Source of the DNA: a bacterium
Lineage (GTDB): Bacteria > Zhuqueibacterota > Zhuqueibacteria > Oceanimicrobiales > Oceanimicrobiaceae
Assembly: GCA_046757165.1 (NCBI GenBank)
Contig: JBHHXT010000097.1
Coordinates: 1 to 17,707, forward strand
Direction of reading: 5' to 3'
Length of the DNA stretch: 17,707 nucleotides
Shown: positions 16,415-17,707 of the stretch, in pieces
How the letters are laid out: the number at the start of each line of letters is the position of its first letter
Position numbering within the stretch: the stretch's first letter is position 1
Position numbers and translations under genes: made by a program
The notes under the pieces: model-generated
The model's database searches: none
What the model was told of the DNA's origin: nothing
The model's input: the letters and a program-made list of their open reading frames with translations, nothing else

Positions 16415-16559
16415 CCTGGATTATTCACAAGAGATTAGCAAATATTCATTTAATCGCTTGATTATGCAATACCTTAACGGGAAAAAGAGGATGAAATGCT
16501 GAAGCATTTCACTCCTTACGTGTTGGCCCTTGCTGTGAGAAATTCATGAATTATTCAGG
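16415..16559 (+). mobile_element. MITE family A, copy 2 (complete, 145 bp)
   Basis: CTAA-[CCTGGATTATTCA ... TGAATTATTCAGG]-CTAA: 13-bp imperfect TIRs and a 4-bp duplication. One hairpin, TGAAATGC-TGAA-GCATTTCA-CTCC. Confidence 0.85.
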
Positions 16560-16580
16560 CTAAAATACAGGAGAATCGAA

Positions 16581-17707
16581 ATGAAAAACAAGCGATTTGC
16601 GTTATCGATGTGGATCCTGGGCGCGCTGTTGCTGTGCGCGGCCAGTGATGCCTCAGCTTACCCCTGGTTTGCCCGCCGGTTGGTGGATAGCTGCAACAAG
16701 TGCCATGTCTCGTTCCCAAAGACAAACGATTATGGCTGGTATGTGAAATCCACGGGCTACGAGCTGCCCCAGATGGATTACACCGGCCTGGAGGAATCCC
16801 CGGTCAAGCGATTCCTGCGATACGTGCCGGTGGCGGTCCGATTCAAAGTAGATGCACTCAACACGGATCCGTCTGAGATAGACGGAGACGTGAACATTCG
16901 AACCGCCCAACTTATTAGTGGTGGCAGCATTTTCGGCAACCGTATTAGCTGGTGGTTTCACAAGCATGTGATTGAAAACAACGAGTTCGCGAAACTGTTT
17001 CGCGGCACCCCCCATGAGATGTGGGGCCAGTACAACCTGCGTTTTGGCCAATCCAACGTCAATCGGCTGAGTCTGCGCTTCGGTATGTCAGAATTGCCCC
17101 TGCGATTCTCGCCAGCCAAGACTAAATTGAGCGAAATGGAATATGCCATCTACAATGCGATGATGGGTGAAAACTCGTTCATGTTGGGGACACCCCAGTA
17201 TGGTGTCACGCTCAAAGGCTTGAAGCTGGGGGGAGACAATCTCAACGAAGTGAAATCCACCTTTGATCTGGCTTTCGTCAATGGAGTTGGCGATTTTTCT
17301 TCCAGTAGATTTACGCAGGTTTTCGCCCGGGCCGGCACGACGGTGGGAAGGACCATGGTCGGCGCCTTCACTTACCTCGGGTCAAAGGACCTGGCCATGG
17401 CCATGCATGACGCCGCTGAAGCAGCGCCTGAAGAAGATGCGGACCATGCCCATGAAGATGAGCATACGGCAGAAACGATGACAGTTGGCAACAGTTTCTA
17501 TCGGGTCGGTCTCGACTTCGATGCCGACATCTCACCGCAATTCAATGTTTACGGACTCGCCTTGTTTGCCAGAGACAGTAATCCACTGGCCCTCGAAGCT
17601 GCCTCTGGTGGCAAATACTACGGGGGATTTCTCGGAGCAGACTATTCCCCGACCGAAAAGCTGATGTTGTCCTGGCGCTACGATGCCGTCAGATTCAATG
17701 ATTTGCC
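16581..17707 (+). CDS. Cyc2-like monoheme c-type cytochrome-porin fusion (partial, open to window end, at least 375 codons)
   Basis: Not in the ORF track because it has no stop in the window. RBS AGGAGA at 16569-16574; signal peptide ...DASA-YP; YPWFARRLVDSCNKCHVSFPKTNDYGWYVKSTGY (CxxCH at 16692-16706); then amphipathic beta-strands (FYRVGLDFDA, YYGGFLGADY, LSWRYDAV). Confidence 0.85.
   Translation, partial: MKNKRFALSMWILGALLLCAASDASAYPWFARRLVDSCNKCHVSFPKTNDYGWYVKSTGYELPQMDYTGLEESPVKRFLRYVPVAVRFKVDALNTDPSEIDGDVNIRTAQLISGGSIFGNRISWWFHKHVIENNEFAKLFRGTPHEMWGQYNLRFGQSNVNRLSLRFGMSELPLRFSPAKTKLSEMEYAIYNAMMGENSFMLGTPQYGVTLKGLKLGGDNLNEVKSTFDLAFVNGVGDFSSSRFTQVFARAGTTVGRTMVGAFTYLGSKDLAMAMHDAAEAAPEEDADHAHEDEHTAETMTVGNSFYRVGLDFDADISPQFNVYGLALFARDSNPLALEAASGGKYYGGFLGADYSPTEKLMLSWRYDAVRFNDL

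Overview
Bacterial chromosomal window, probably from a diderm organism (it encodes outer-membrane beta-barrels and a lipoprotein). Left to right it holds: (1) a frameshifted P-loop ATPase remnant at the left edge; (2) malate dehydrogenase; (3) a 7-gene minus-strand cluster (11334 to 1779) of envelope-targeted proteins: a DUF4384-like protein, an exported TPR plus caspase-family (C14) protease, an OM beta-barrel, two LPP20-like proteins, a membrane Ser/Thr kinase-TPR-FGE-like receptor and an exported transglutaminase-like Cys-His-Asp enzyme; (4) a divergent MltD-like lytic transglycosylase; (5) an NtrC-family sigma54 activator and a CDF metal transporter; (6) an ORF missing from the supplied track (16581 to the window end) with the N-terminal signature of Cyc2-like monoheme cytochrome-porin fusions, preceded by a candidate sigma54 promoter and two palindromic enhancer-like sites. 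The intergenic regions contain several small repeat and MITE families. These include MITEs carrying REP-like hairpin pairs, one MITE inserted in the loop of a hairpin, and a (CA)7 tract in a promoter-like spacer. All family calls come from motif recognition by eye; no database searches were run.
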